The notes under the pieces were generated by a model that saw only the letters and a list, made by a program, of their open reading frames with translations, was not told the origin of the DNA and did no database searches. A program made the position numbers and the translations under genes. From contig CAVPNL010000006.1 of the NCBI GenBank assembly GCA_963706575.1, forward strand, positions 192,001 to 256,000: a DNA stretch of 64,000 nucleotides, written 5' to 3'. Shown here one piece after another: positions 9,452-19,360 of this stretch; the stretch's first letter is position 1, and every line of letters starts with the position of its first letter. The stretch is from an uncultured delta proteobacterium. Lineage in GTDB: Bacteria; Desulfobacterota; Desulfobacteria; Desulfobacterales; JAHEIW01.

Positions 9452-11125
9452 ATGGCAGACGAAACACCCAAACCGGAAGAACTCATACAGATTGATCACC
9501 GCCCGCCCAAGACGGATTGGATGGACGTTCCGGTTAATATTCGGAAGGGCATGTACTGTTATGCCTCAAATCCCAAAAGCGTCGAATACGTCGGACTCCC
9601 CAATGCCAGGCCGTGGAATCCCCTGGAAGAGGACTGGAAATTACCGGAAAACTGGCAGGAGATCATTCATAAAGGCTTTAAGGAGCGATTGGGAAAATTT
9701 CGATCCTTTAAAGTCTTCATGGACATTTGCGTGCGCTGCGGGGCCTGCGCCGACAAGTGCCATTATTTTATCGGAACCGGTGATCCCAAAAACATGCCGG
9801 TGCTGCGAGCTGAGCTGCTGCGATCGGTTTACCGCAACGATTTTACGCGCATGGGCAAAATTTTAGGAAAGGTGAACGGCGCCCGGCCCATGACCATCGA
9901 TGTGCTCAAAGAGTGGTGGTACTACCTGTTTCAATGCTCCGAATGCCGGCGCTGTTCGGTGTTTTGCCCTTACGGCATCGATACGGCCGAAATTACCATC
10001 ATGGGCCGGGAATTGTTGAACCTGCTGGGTCTCAATATTGACTGGATTGCCACTCCGGTGGCCAACTGTTACCGCACCGGTAACCATCTGGGCATCCAGC
10101 CCCACGCCTTCAAAGATATGCTCGACTTTTTTGTGGAAGATATCGAAGAGATCACCGATGTCCAGGTCGATTACAGCATTAACAAAAAGGGCGCAGACAT
10201 TCTTTTTATTACCCCCTCGGGTGATGTGTTTGCCGATCCGGGAACCTACACCGCCATGGGGTATCTGATGCTGTTTCATTATTTAAAAGAGAAATACGGA
10301 TTAGACATCACCTGGAGCACCTATGGTTCCGAGGGCGGGAACTTTGGATTTTTTACCTCCCATGAAACCATGAAACGGCTTAACTCCAAAATGTATGCCG
10401 AAGCCAAGCGCCTGGGTGTAAAATGGATCCTGGGGGGAGAATGCGGCCATATGTGGCGGGTGATCAATCAGTACATGGACACCATGAACGGTCCGGCTGA
10501 TTTTCTGGAAGTGCCGGTGTCGCCGATTACCGGAACCCGCTTTGAAAACGCCAGATCAAACAAGATGGTGCACATTGCCGAATTTACCGCCGATTTAATC
10601 AAGCACGGCAAGCTCGAGCTGGATCCCAGCCGCAACGACCACTTAAAAGTGACCTTTCATGATTCCTGTAATCCGGCGCGGGGTATGGGCATTTTTGAAG
10701 AACCTCGTTATGTCATCAATAACGTCTGCAACAATTTTTATGAAATGCCGGTCAATACCATCCGCGAAAATACGTTCTGCTGCGGCAGCGGAGCGGGTCT
10801 CAATGCCGGTGAAGACATGGAACTGCGCATGACCGGCGGCCTGCCGCGGGCCAATGCGGTTAAACACGTTCACGAAAAACACGGCGTCAACATGCTGGCC
10901 TGTATCTGCGCCATCGACCGGGCCGCCCTGCCGCCACTGATGGAATACTGGGTGCCGGAAGTGGATGTTACCGGCCTGCATGAACTGGTGGCCAACGTTC
11001 TAATCATGCCCGGCGAGAATGAGCGGTCCACCGACCTGCGGGGCGAAGACATTCCGGGCCGTGAAGTCGTCGAAGAAGCTGAAGAAGAAACAGAGGGTGA
11101 GTCGGAGGAACAAACGGATGAATAA
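9452..11125 (+). CDS. dsrK: DsrK, HdrD-like Fe-S protein
   Basis: CVRCGACADKC, CSECRRCSVFCPYGID, GECGHMWR, HDSCN, CCGSG. Confidence 0.97.
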   Translation: MADETPKPEELIQIDHRPPKTDWMDVPVNIRKGMYCYASNPKSVEYVGLPNARPWNPLEEDWKLPENWQEIIHKGFKERLGKFRSFKVFMDICVRCGACADKCHYFIGTGDPKNMPVLRAELLRSVYRNDFTRMGKILGKVNGARPMTIDVLKEWWYYLFQCSECRRCSVFCPYGIDTAEITIMGRELLNLLGLNIDWIATPVANCYRTGNHLGIQPHAFKDMLDFFVEDIEEITDVQVDYSINKKGADILFITPSGDVFADPGTYTAMGYLMLFHYLKEKYGLDITWSTYGSEGGNFGFFTSHETMKRLNSKMYAEAKRLGVKWILGGECGHMWRVINQYMDTMNGPADFLEVPVSPITGTRFENARSNKMVHIAEFTADLIKHGKLELDPSRNDHLKVTFHDSCNPARGMGIFEEPRYVINNVCNNFYEMPVNTIRENTFCCGSGAGLNAGEDMELRMTGGLPRANAVKHVHEKHGVNMLACICAIDRAALPPLMEYWVPEVDVTGLHELVANVLIMPGENERSTDLRGEDIPGREVVEEAEEETEGESEEQTDE

Positions 11126-11507
11126 TAAAACGCTGATCATCACGGGATTGGTCATATTTTTGATCATTGTATTGTTTCCCTTCTGGTATATGCGGGGAAA
11201 AGCCGCGCCGATGCCGGAGCCGGTGCTGACGCCCAAGGCCAAAGCGGCCAAAGCGTGTGTGCGCTCCACGGATTATATGAAGGCCGAGCACATGCAGCTG
11301 CTGGATGTGTGGCGGGATGAAGTGGTGCGGCGCAGCAAACGGGTCTATGTCAATCCCCAGGGAAAAGAATTTAACATGAGTTTAAGCAATACCTGCCTGG
11401 ACTGTCATTCCAACAAAGCTGAATTTTGTGACCGCTGTCACAACTATGCTTCGGTCAGGCCCTATTGCTGGAGCTGTCATATCGAGAACCCGAAGGAGAA
11501 ATCATAA
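11118..11507 (+). CDS. dsrJ: DsrJ, triheme cytochrome c
   Basis: N-terminal TM helix, MKAEHMQLLDVWRD, three CxxCH motifs (CLDCH, CDRCH, CWSCH). Confidence 0.95.
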   Translation: MNNKTLIITGLVIFLIIVLFPFWYMRGKAAPMPEPVLTPKAKAAKACVRSTDYMKAEHMQLLDVWRDEVVRRSKRVYVNPQGKEFNMSLSNTCLDCHSNKAEFCDRCHNYASVRPYCWSCHIENPKEKS

Positions 11508-12295
11508 TGGATAGCAGCAGAAGACGCATATTACAATTGCTGGGGGTTTCTGCTTTGGCGCTAACCACCAAGCCGGTTTTGAATGCGTTCGCCAAGGAAG
11601 AGCAGGCTGCCGGGGCTGAGGCCGCTTTTAAAGCCGGCAAAAAAGCGCTGCAGGCCAGACAATGGGCCATGGTCATCGATACCCGCAAGTTTCATTCCGA
11701 AGCGGAACTGGAACCTCTGGTCGAGGCTTGCCACAAGATTCACAATGTTCCTGCTTTGCAAAACAAACGCCATGAAATTAAATGGCTCTGGAGCACCCAC
11801 TACCACAATGCTTTTCCGGGCAAGGCCGCGCGGTTTTTGGCCGAAAAGGTTGAGCACCGCCCCTTTCTGGTTTTGTGCAACCACTGCGAGAACCCGCCCT
11901 GCGTAAGGGCCTGCCCGACGAAAGCCACGTTCAAACGTGAAGCCGACGGCATTGTATTTATGGACTTCCACCGCTGCATCGGATGCCGTTTTTGCATGGC
12001 GGCCTGCCCGTTTGGCGCCCGAAGCTTCAACTACCGCGATCCGCGGCCGTTTATTGCCGAAACCAACAAAGAATTTCCGACCCGCATGAAAGGTGTGGTC
12101 GAAAAATGTAATTTTTGTGCCGAACGACTGGCGGTCGGTAAATTACCGGCCTGTGTGGAGGTTTCCGACGGCGCGCTGGCCTTTGGGGATCTGTACGATC
12201 CGGAGTCGGACGTTCGCAAACTGATTAAAACAAATTACACCATTCGTCGTAAACAGACCCTGGGAACCGAGCCCAGTGTTTACTACATCGTGTGA
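11507..12295 (+). CDS. dsrO: DsrO, Tat-exported Fe-S protein
   Basis: SRRRILQ Tat motif, CNHCENPPCVRACP, CIGCRFCMAACP, VEKCNFC. Confidence 0.95.
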   Translation: MDSSRRRILQLLGVSALALTTKPVLNAFAKEEQAAGAEAAFKAGKKALQARQWAMVIDTRKFHSEAELEPLVEACHKIHNVPALQNKRHEIKWLWSTHYHNAFPGKAARFLAEKVEHRPFLVLCNHCENPPCVRACPTKATFKREADGIVFMDFHRCIGCRFCMAACPFGARSFNYRDPRPFIAETNKEFPTRMKGVVEKCNFCAERLAVGKLPACVEVSDGALAFGDLYDPESDVRKLIKTNYTIRRKQTLGTEPSVYYIV

Positions 12296-12303
12296 GGTGA
12301 ATA

Positions 12304-13461
12304 ATGCTTGAATTAGCGATTAAAGGCGGCAAAAAATATTATGGCTGGATGACCTTTTTAATGGTCATTGTCGGAATCGGATTTCTCATCTATTTAAAAC
12401 AGCTCGATTTCGGGTTGGGGATTACCGGTTTGAGCCGGGATGTGTCCTGGGGATTTTACATTGCCAACTTTACCTTTCTGGTGGGTGTGGCCGCCGGTGG
12501 CGTCATGGTGGTGCTGCCCTATTATCTGCATGATTATAAGGCCTTTGGCAAAGTTACCATCCTGGGCGAGTTTCTGGCCATCGCTTCGGTGGTCATGTGT
12601 GTGACCTTTATCCTTGTTGACCTGGGCCAGCCCATGCGGATTATTAATGTCTTTTTGTATCCGACGCCCAATTCGGTTCTGTTCTGGGACACCATCGTTT
12701 TAAACGGCTATCTGTTTTTAAATATCATCATCGGCTGGAACGTGCTGGAGGCCGAACGCAACGGCGTTCATTACCAAAAATGGTTAAAACCGTTGATCTA
12801 CATTTCGATTCCCTGGGCCGTCAGCATTCACACCGTGACCGCCTACCTTTACTGCGGCCTGCCGGGCAGAGGCTTCTGGATGACCGCCATCCTGGCGCCG
12901 CGCTTTTTGTCTTCCGCATTTGCCGCCGGACCGGCCCTGCTGATTTTATGCTGCCTGATTATTCGGCGGGTGAGCAACTTTGATCCCGGCCGGGAGCAGA
13001 TTCAATCTCTGGCCAAAATCGTGGCCTACGCGATTTGCGTCAATGTGTTTTTCTTTCTGTGTGAAGTATTTGTGGCCTTTTACAGCAATATTCCCGAGCA
13101 CATGGATCACATCAAATACCTGTTTGTAGGGCTGCACGGCCACGGGGCCTATGTGCCCTGGATGTGGGCCTCCATGATTTTGATGCTGATCGGCATTATT
13201 CTGACCGTCAACCCCATCACCCGTAAAAACGAGGGCGTGCTGGCCGTGGCCTGTGTGGTGATCTTTTTAGGAACCTGGATCGATAAGGGACTTGGCATGA
13301 TTGCCGGCGGTTTTACCCCATCGCCGCTGCATGAGATCAATGAATACATTCCCTCGTTGCCGGAAATCGGGATTGCACTCGGGGTCTGGGCCATGGGATT
13401 TCTGGTAATGACCGCGCTGTTTAAGATTGCCGTTTCGGTAAAAGAAGAAGTCCGCGGCTAA
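12304..13461 (+). CDS. dsrP: DsrP, NrfD/PsrC-type membrane protein
   Basis: TGLSRDVSWGFYIANFTFLVGVAA, SIHTVTA, WIDKG; multiple TM helices. Confidence 0.95.
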   Translation: MLELAIKGGKKYYGWMTFLMVIVGIGFLIYLKQLDFGLGITGLSRDVSWGFYIANFTFLVGVAAGGVMVVLPYYLHDYKAFGKVTILGEFLAIASVVMCVTFILVDLGQPMRIINVFLYPTPNSVLFWDTIVLNGYLFLNIIIGWNVLEAERNGVHYQKWLKPLIYISIPWAVSIHTVTAYLYCGLPGRGFWMTAILAPRFLSSAFAAGPALLILCCLIIRRVSNFDPGREQIQSLAKIVAYAICVNVFFFLCEVFVAFYSNIPEHMDHIKYLFVGLHGHGAYVPWMWASMILMLIGIILTVNPITRKNEGVLAVACVVIFLGTWIDKGLGMIAGGFTPSPLHEINEYIPSLPEIGIALGVWAMGFLVMTALFKIAVSVKEEVRG

Positions 13462-13499
13462 GCGTAACGCCGCCGCATTTTTAAAGCGAATTATAGATC

Positions 13500-13528
13500 A
13501 GGGGGTTTTCATTGAAGACCCCCTCTTT
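13500..13528 (+). terminator. Probable intrinsic terminator after dsrP
   Basis: Hairpin AGGGGGTTTTC-ATT-GAAGACCCCCT followed by CTTT. Confidence 0.65.
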
Positions 13529-13701
13529 AATTGGCCAAACATCATTCGAAATTATTGTTTTCCGGCTTTTGCCAATTCGCTTTTAACGATACGTTATTAA
13601 CGAACCGTAAATACTGTAGTACAGGGACACCAAAACGACAGAAGAACTGTGATATTGACCGCATCCCTCTGCCAGGATACCCAGGGGCTGCTGCCAGAAT
13701 T

Positions 13702-14799
13702 TCAAGATAGGCTTTCAACCCATTTCTTAAGCATCGCATCTTGAAATTGAAAAGTACCATTTTTGGCAAGTATTTCTTTTTCAACGAGTGACATTATCGC
13801 TCTTTGAAGGACGGATCCCGAATTAAAGCCGACACGTTGAAGCTGTTCCGCGGCATAGATGCCTTCACCCCCTGTTTCAGCCAGAAGTCGCAAAGCTTTT
13901 TTTTGATTCTGAGTTAGCAGGTCCCAGAGAATTATAAATTGGGCTTTTTGGCTGCTGATGATCGATTTTTCGATTGGATCAAGAACAGCCAAGTCGACAG
14001 CGTCGGAGCGCCACAGGTCAAATAAAAACTGCTGAATATAGATAGGTTGATAATCACATCTTTCAACAATGTCGATGATAATTTCTTTATCAATTTTTAC
14101 ACGTTTCTTTCTGAAAAGCTGTTGCGCCCAATCGATATAATGCTGCAATTCGATATTCTTGAGCGGATAGCTACGGGTCATCTTGTAAAACGCCCGTTTG
14201 GCCGAATCAAACATCTCGATCAGTATATGTTTTTGGCTGCCTGAAAAGATGTAACTGATGTCTCGATGTCCCTGAATAATTTTGCGAAGGCGCTTTTCAA
14301 AACCTTCTTCTGAATATTTTGCCACCTCCTGAAATTCATCGAAAACGACCAACAGTTTCTGTTTCTTGGAATAAGAAACCAAAATGGCGAGCGCCTTTTC
14401 CAGGTATTCCGGCTTCTCTCTTGGATTGATCGATACCGAAAGGGTTGGTAAGTTGGTCACAGGGTCAATGCTTCCAGTTACCTTTAGCCCGGCCATTTGT
14501 TTTAAGACCCGTTCAATTTTGGATTCTATCTGCATAACCCCTGTTAGGACGGCGTCTATAAAATCATTTTCGTCCAGGCTACCATAAAGATCGATATAAA
14601 CCGATTTAACGGTTGGTTTTGCTTTTTTAAGCGTTCGTATCACCTGGTGTACCAGAGAAGTTTTCCCCATGCGTCGATGGGAATACAGCAGGACGTTTTG
14701 CGAATTTTGAGCAAAATAAATTAGGTCTTTTTGCTCTTTTTCTCTGTCACAGAATGCTTCACCGATGACGTAGTCTGAATACGAGAAAGGGTTTTCCAT
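13702..14799 (-). CDS. AAA-family (archaeal-type) ATPase with probable C-terminal wHTH
   Basis: MENPF...FCDREKE, Walker A RRMGKTS, Walker B VVFDEFQ, FSGS. Confidence 0.85.
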   Translation of the reverse strand: MENPFSYSDYVIGEAFCDREKEQKDLIYFAQNSQNVLLYSHRRMGKTSLVHQVIRTLKKAKPTVKSVYIDLYGSLDENDFIDAVLTGVMQIESKIERVLKQMAGLKVTGSIDPVTNLPTLSVSINPREKPEYLEKALAILVSYSKKQKLLVVFDEFQEVAKYSEEGFEKRLRKIIQGHRDISYIFSGSQKHILIEMFDSAKRAFYKMTRSYPLKNIELQHYIDWAQQLFRKKRVKIDKEIIIDIVERCDYQPIYIQQFLFDLWRSDAVDLAVLDPIEKSIISSQKAQFIILWDLLTQNQKKALRLLAETGGEGIYAAEQLQRVGFNSGSVLQRAIMSLVEKEILAKNGTFQFQDAMLKKWVESLS

Positions 14800-14816
14800 A
14801 AAAACCAACCTTTAAT

Positions 14817-14861
14817 TACACATTAAGTGAATACGCAATATGTGTATATACATTATGCGTA
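14817..14861. promoter_or_regulatory. Three tandem 15-bp quasi-palindromes (putative operator)
   Basis: TACACATTAAGTGAA / TACGCAATATGTGTA / TATACATTATGCGTA, just upstream of the ATPase start. Confidence 0.6.
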
Positions 14862-14920
14862 ATTAAGGATATATTCTATTGAATGTATTGTAAAGAGTTA
14901 TTTAAACAATAATTTAGATC

Positions 14921-15535
14921 ATGGGCGTATCGATACATTATCGCGGCCGGGTGGCGGCAATTCAAAATATTAAACACATTTATGATGAGCTGGCCGCAAT
15001 TGCAGACAGAATGAACTGGCCATGCACCCGTCTGGATGAGGACTGGTCTCAAGCGGCTAATGCAACCATTGAAGTTACGGAGCAGAGTTCACAGATCACC
15101 GGGTATCTGCCGCTAAAGGGTATCGCTCTGACGCCTCATCCCCAATGTGAAACATTGCAATTTTTTTTTGATGCTAACGGCCACCTGCGTGATCCTATAA
15201 GCCTGGTGGATAGAAGAGAAGAAGCCCTGAAGCCAGAAGATTACTGGATTTCCGTTAAGACGCAATACGCCGGTCCCGAAACTCACATCTGGATCATCGG
15301 ACTATTAAAATATTTAAAAAAACATCACCTGCCCGATTTAGCGGTTCAAGACGAGGGACAGTACTGGGAAACCGGAAATTTTGAGATTCTTAAAGAGAAA
15401 ATGGATTTCGTTGGCGAAAAGATCGCAGCTGTCAGCGCAGCGCTATCCCGCGTCACCAAAGGCCACATTGAAAGCTATTCGGCCGATGAGCTTGCTTGCA
15501 TAATTGAAGCACTGATTCAGGATCGGTTTGGCTAA
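14921..15535 (+). CDS. Hypothetical protein
   Basis: 204-aa ORF with conserved-looking motifs MGVSIHYRG, KTQYAG...H, DEGQYWET. Confidence 0.75.
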   Translation: MGVSIHYRGRVAAIQNIKHIYDELAAIADRMNWPCTRLDEDWSQAANATIEVTEQSSQITGYLPLKGIALTPHPQCETLQFFFDANGHLRDPISLVDRREEALKPEDYWISVKTQYAGPETHIWIIGLLKYLKKHHLPDLAVQDEGQYWETGNFEILKEKMDFVGEKIAAVSAALSRVTKGHIESYSADELACIIEALIQDRFG

Positions 15536-15539
15536 ATTT

Positions 15540-16028
15540 ATGAGCTTGACATATCGTCTAAAAATTATCGGTTTTGGCTTTATCATCTTCGTTCTCGGAT
15601 GCGCAAATTCGCAGAATTTGCCCGCGCCCGGAAAGATTGGAGAAAAAGAACGCGTCAGGGTAATTACCGGAAAACAGGCTGCTAAGGTGGTAGATAAAAT
15701 GCACGGGCGTTCCGTAGCCACCCATGCCAACGTTATTGCCGAATATGGCCGCGATCCAAAGGATCTTTTGTTTATTTCCAGGTACGGCGATCAAACCCAG
15801 GCGCAGAAAGCGTTTGATCTAATGATTGAAAAAATGGCCGCAGCGAAAAAGGGCCCCTTCTTCCATCTAATGTCGCTGGGTCAATACGACAACAAAGTAT
15901 ATATGACCCTGGGAATGGGGGCGATGCATTATATCTATGTTTCCGGTAATTGCCTGCTGTGGCTGCAAACATATCAGTCTTTTACAGACAAACTGCCCGG
16001 CGGTCTTCTGGAACTCTATCCGATTTGA
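15540..16028 (+). CDS. Putative lipoprotein
   Basis: Hydrophobic N-terminus with VLGC lipobox. Confidence 0.7.
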   Translation: MSLTYRLKIIGFGFIIFVLGCANSQNLPAPGKIGEKERVRVITGKQAAKVVDKMHGRSVATHANVIAEYGRDPKDLLFISRYGDQTQAQKAFDLMIEKMAAAKKGPFFHLMSLGQYDNKVYMTLGMGAMHYIYVSGNCLLWLQTYQSFTDKLPGGLLELYPI

Positions 16029-16042
16029 GCAAGGATGATTCG

Positions 16043-16696
16043 TTATCTTGCCATTTTGGGATTTTTTCTGATTCTCATTTCTATGTCTTTTATTAAATTT
16101 TCACTGCAAATGTAACCAACCTTCGGATGGGTTCCTTTAGCAGCCAATAACGGCACTGATTCGCCAATTTTTTTATGAATCAAACTGTTGGGATCATCGC
16201 GGTCCCCGAAAATCATGGCTTTTGAGGGGCATCCGCTAACGCAAACAGGCGCTTGTCCGGCTTCTATACGATGGACACAGAGCGTGCAGGTGCCGGCTTT
16301 GCCCGGCGGGTGTTGACGGTGGGGTTCCTTTCCTTTTTCGAAGGGCAGCTTCTGGTCTGCAAAATAATCCGCATCCGGATTGATATCGATGGCCCCATAC
16401 GGACAGGCGGAGACACAATCATGACACCCATCACAGGTTTCGTGGTCGATAAGAACAATGCCATCCGGACGCTGGTAGATGGCATCGTTCGGACAGGCGC
16501 CTAAACATGGCGGGTTCTCACAATGCATACAGGCATAGCGCAGATAGGTGATCTCGTCGAGAGTTTCACTTTCCAATTCCAAAATCTTGTTCCACCAGAC
16601 CATCGGTCGGGTCAGATTCTCCTGCTTGCAGGCAATAACACATGTCATGCATCCCGTGCAGCGGTCCAGGTCAACGATAATTCCGTATTTCGCCAT
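16043..16696 (-). CDS. 4Fe-4S dicluster (DmsB-like) subunit
   Basis: DLDRCTGCMTCVIAC, CMHCENPPCLGACP, CDGCHDCVSACPY, CTLC...CVSGCP. Confidence 0.92.
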   Translation of the reverse strand: MAKYGIIVDLDRCTGCMTCVIACKQENLTRPMVWWNKILELESETLDEITYLRYACMHCENPPCLGACPNDAIYQRPDGIVLIDHETCDGCHDCVSACPYGAIDINPDADYFADQKLPFEKGKEPHRQHPPGKAGTCTLCVHRIEAGQAPVCVSGCPSKAMIFGDRDDPNSLIHKKIGESVPLLAAKGTHPKVGYICSENLIKDIEMRIRKNPKMAR

Positions 16697-16714
16697 CACT
16701 TACATTCCTTATTT

Positions 16715-16996
16715 ACTAGAAGCTATCCTAAAATTACATTTAACACCCGATGGTACAGTTTTAAACCTGTAAAAAGTGCTTACAACAGCAAGTGCGCTAA
16801 AGTGACAAGTGACCTAAAGTGACTAAAGTTAAGGAATTCTGTCAATTTTATTAAAAGATGGAGCGTAAGCGACGCCATAACTTTAGTCACTTTAGCTCAT
16901 TTTAGGCATTTTAGGCACTTCTAACTTTAGAACACCTTTTGAACTTTTTTCCGCTGTCTCCCGAGATGAACTGCTAATTTTGAGATAGCTTATAGT
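16715..16996. mobile_element. MITE-like element, family B (internal inverted arrays of 9-10-bp repeats)
   Basis: 22-bp TIRs with 19/22 match (ACTAGAAGCTATCCTAAAATTA versus ACTATAAGCTATCTCAAAATTA). Internal CTAAAGTG/CACTTTAG arrays. Homologous pieces at 38291 and 58822. Confidence 0.8.
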
Positions 16997-17006
16997 GAAG
17001 TGGTTT

Positions 17007-19164
17007 TCATGTTTTAACAACCTGACAGATGATTTCTTTATAAGGTGGAAATCCCGAGATGGGATCGAATTGGCGCGGTATCAATTCATTGACGTTGGCA
17101 TCTTTCCATCCATGTTCGACGCCCACAACACCGGCCGGAACTAAAATGGTAGGTTTGGCCCTTACCGTCATCTGGCCATAGGGCGTTTTTAAAATTACAT
17201 CGTCATCCCTTTCAATATTTCGATTGGCGGCATCCCGGGGGTTGATCGTCAATAGCGCATGCCGTTGCAATTCCAGCAACCAGGGAGCATCTTCACGCCA
17301 CTTGCTGTGCGTAATGTATGGAACTCGAGAGCCGGAGATCAATACAAGCGGATAATCTGGAGTGATCGCCATCGGTTCTTTATATTCGCAGAGTGGCGGA
17401 TATCCGTGTTTTTTCAAAGTAAGTGAAACCGCCTCGATTTTTCCACTGGGCGTTGCAAATCCGGGTTTGCCGTCGGGTCTCATTTTTCCGGTTTCGTATT
17501 TTTTAAACCGTTCAGGGCCCCGGGGCGGAACCGTGACTCCCTTTTCCTGATTGTTTCTCAGGTCATCATACGTTAGTCCCCACATCGCCAGAATATCGTT
17601 GCAGGCCGCTTGCACGTCCCCGTTAAAAAAGATTTCCGGATATCCCAGGCGGGTCCCGATCTCGAGGGCGATTTGCCAGTCTTCTTTGCACTCACCCGGG
17701 GGGTTGATTGGTGTGCGCCCGTAAATTTGTCGGCCGAAAACAGCAAAGGGCGCCAGCCGTTCGAAGTTCATGGCTGCCGGCAGCACAAGATCCACATAGT
17801 CATGGGTCCACGGCCGGTAGAAATAATCGACCGCCATGGCAAATTCGAGGCCGGCGATGGCCTGCTGATATTCGTGGGTCTGCGGCCAGATCATCGTGCT
17901 GAAACCCCAGGCCAGAAAAGCCTTTACCTTTCCGCCCTTTACCCATTCGACCAGATGGTTGGTTTGCACCTCCCAGAATTTTTCGGCCCATGCCGGAAAC
18001 ACTTTGCGATCCAACCGATCCGATTTCATTTCATTAAACTTTTGGCGCATGGAAAATTTAGGCGGCCCGTCAAACCAGGGGGCCATGCCTTCCAGAGGCT
18101 CGGTTGGTTTTGTAATTCCGCCGGGAATGTCGATATAGCCGCAAATGGCCGGGATCATCAATATGGCCCGATGGTTATTGGTGGCGTTGAGATCGTGAAT
18201 GGTCCCCTGGGGACCGAGCAGCATACTCCCGGGGCCGTTGGAAGCATAAAGGCGCGCCGCTTCAATAATTTTTTCAGCAGGGACCCAGCTTATTTTTTCA
18301 ACCCTTTCGGGCGTAAAATCTTTGACATAGTCCTGCAATTCATCGATGCCGTGAATCCAATTCTCGCAGAAAGCCTTGTCATGGAGACTTTCATTAAAAA
18401 TGACGTGCATCATTCCGGCAGCAAGGGCGGCAGTTGTGGCCGGTCGCGGTCTCAAATGGATGTCGGCCAGCGTCTCGGCGGTTGGGGTCTTGCGCGGATC
18501 AACCACAATAAACTTTACGCCGTTTTCTTTAGCGTCCGCCAGTTGGCCGTGGCACATGAAGGGTCGGCCGGAATAGGCCGGGTTGGTTCCCCAGATGAGT
18601 ACAACGCCGGTTTTCTGCGTTGGGAGATTGCCCAGGGTGGGAAATCCATAGGTTAAAAGCTCCGCCAGCAAGGCGGCCCGACGACAGGCTGTTGAGCTCT
18701 CAGTGCCGTAATTGACCGAACCATAAGTGGCCGCCAGACGCTGAACAGCGGCACGGGGTTCCTTGGGGTCGCCGACATAAAAGAACGCTGCCTGGGGACC
18801 GTATTCTTTTTTAATTCGATTCAAATGTCCGACGATAATGTCATAGGCCTCGTCCCAGGAAATTCGGACGAAATCGGGCGTGCAGTGCGCCTTTGGGATT
18901 GACTCGCTTCAGCGGATATTTGAGGCGATTTGGATGATACAGCCGCTGCAGGGTTCCATAGGCCTTGGTACAAAGCGGTGCGGCCGGAAATCCGGGCCAG
19001 GACTCAATGCGGGTGACAATATTTCCGGTTTTAAAAAATTTAATTCCGCAAAATGGCGCCTGGTTACACCCGTCACAGAACGTGTAACCCACAGTTTGTT
19101 CCCCCGCCGATGAATCCTTAATGTCTATCTGATAAGATCTATCGCTTACAGCCATATCTGTCAT
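17007..19164 (-). CDS. Molybdopterin-dependent (DMSO reductase family) oxidoreductase catalytic subunit, cytoplasmic; frameshift near 18890
   Basis: CDGC...CG, LCTKA...HPNRLKYPLKR, WGTNP, VVDPRKT, GFATPSGKIE, INPRDA. No Tat signal. Confidence 0.9.
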
Positions 19165-19316
19165 CTACCTCGAATCACTCATTTGCTGTTGTAAATAGTG
19201 AAGGTCGGTCGGTGTGTCAACGGTAATTATCCCATAAACACGTTTAAATTTTCTTATTGAATACGTTTATTAAAGTCGTTTGCTTTGATGTTGACAAAGT
19301 TTGATATCTGATCTAC

Positions 19317-19333
19317 TGGGGTACAGTACCCCA
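19317..19333. promoter_or_regulatory. Palindrome, candidate GntR operator
   Basis: TGGGGTAC-A-GTACCCCA, just downstream of TTGACA (19291) and upstream of the gntR start. Confidence 0.5.
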
Positions 19334-19360
19334 ATTAATGTTCTCATCCAGGAACCTATC

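Noticed and set aside
16790..16925. Short-period repeats as a CRISPR array or replication iterons
   Set aside because: Units are 9-10 bp, degenerate and arranged as inverted arrays with no unique spacers. No cas or rep genes are in the window.
17610..18656. 348-aa plus-strand ORF and other long antisense ORFs (4987..5661, 5791..6456, 60333..60968)
   Set aside because: They are shadows of well-supported genes on the opposite strand and show no recognisable motifs.
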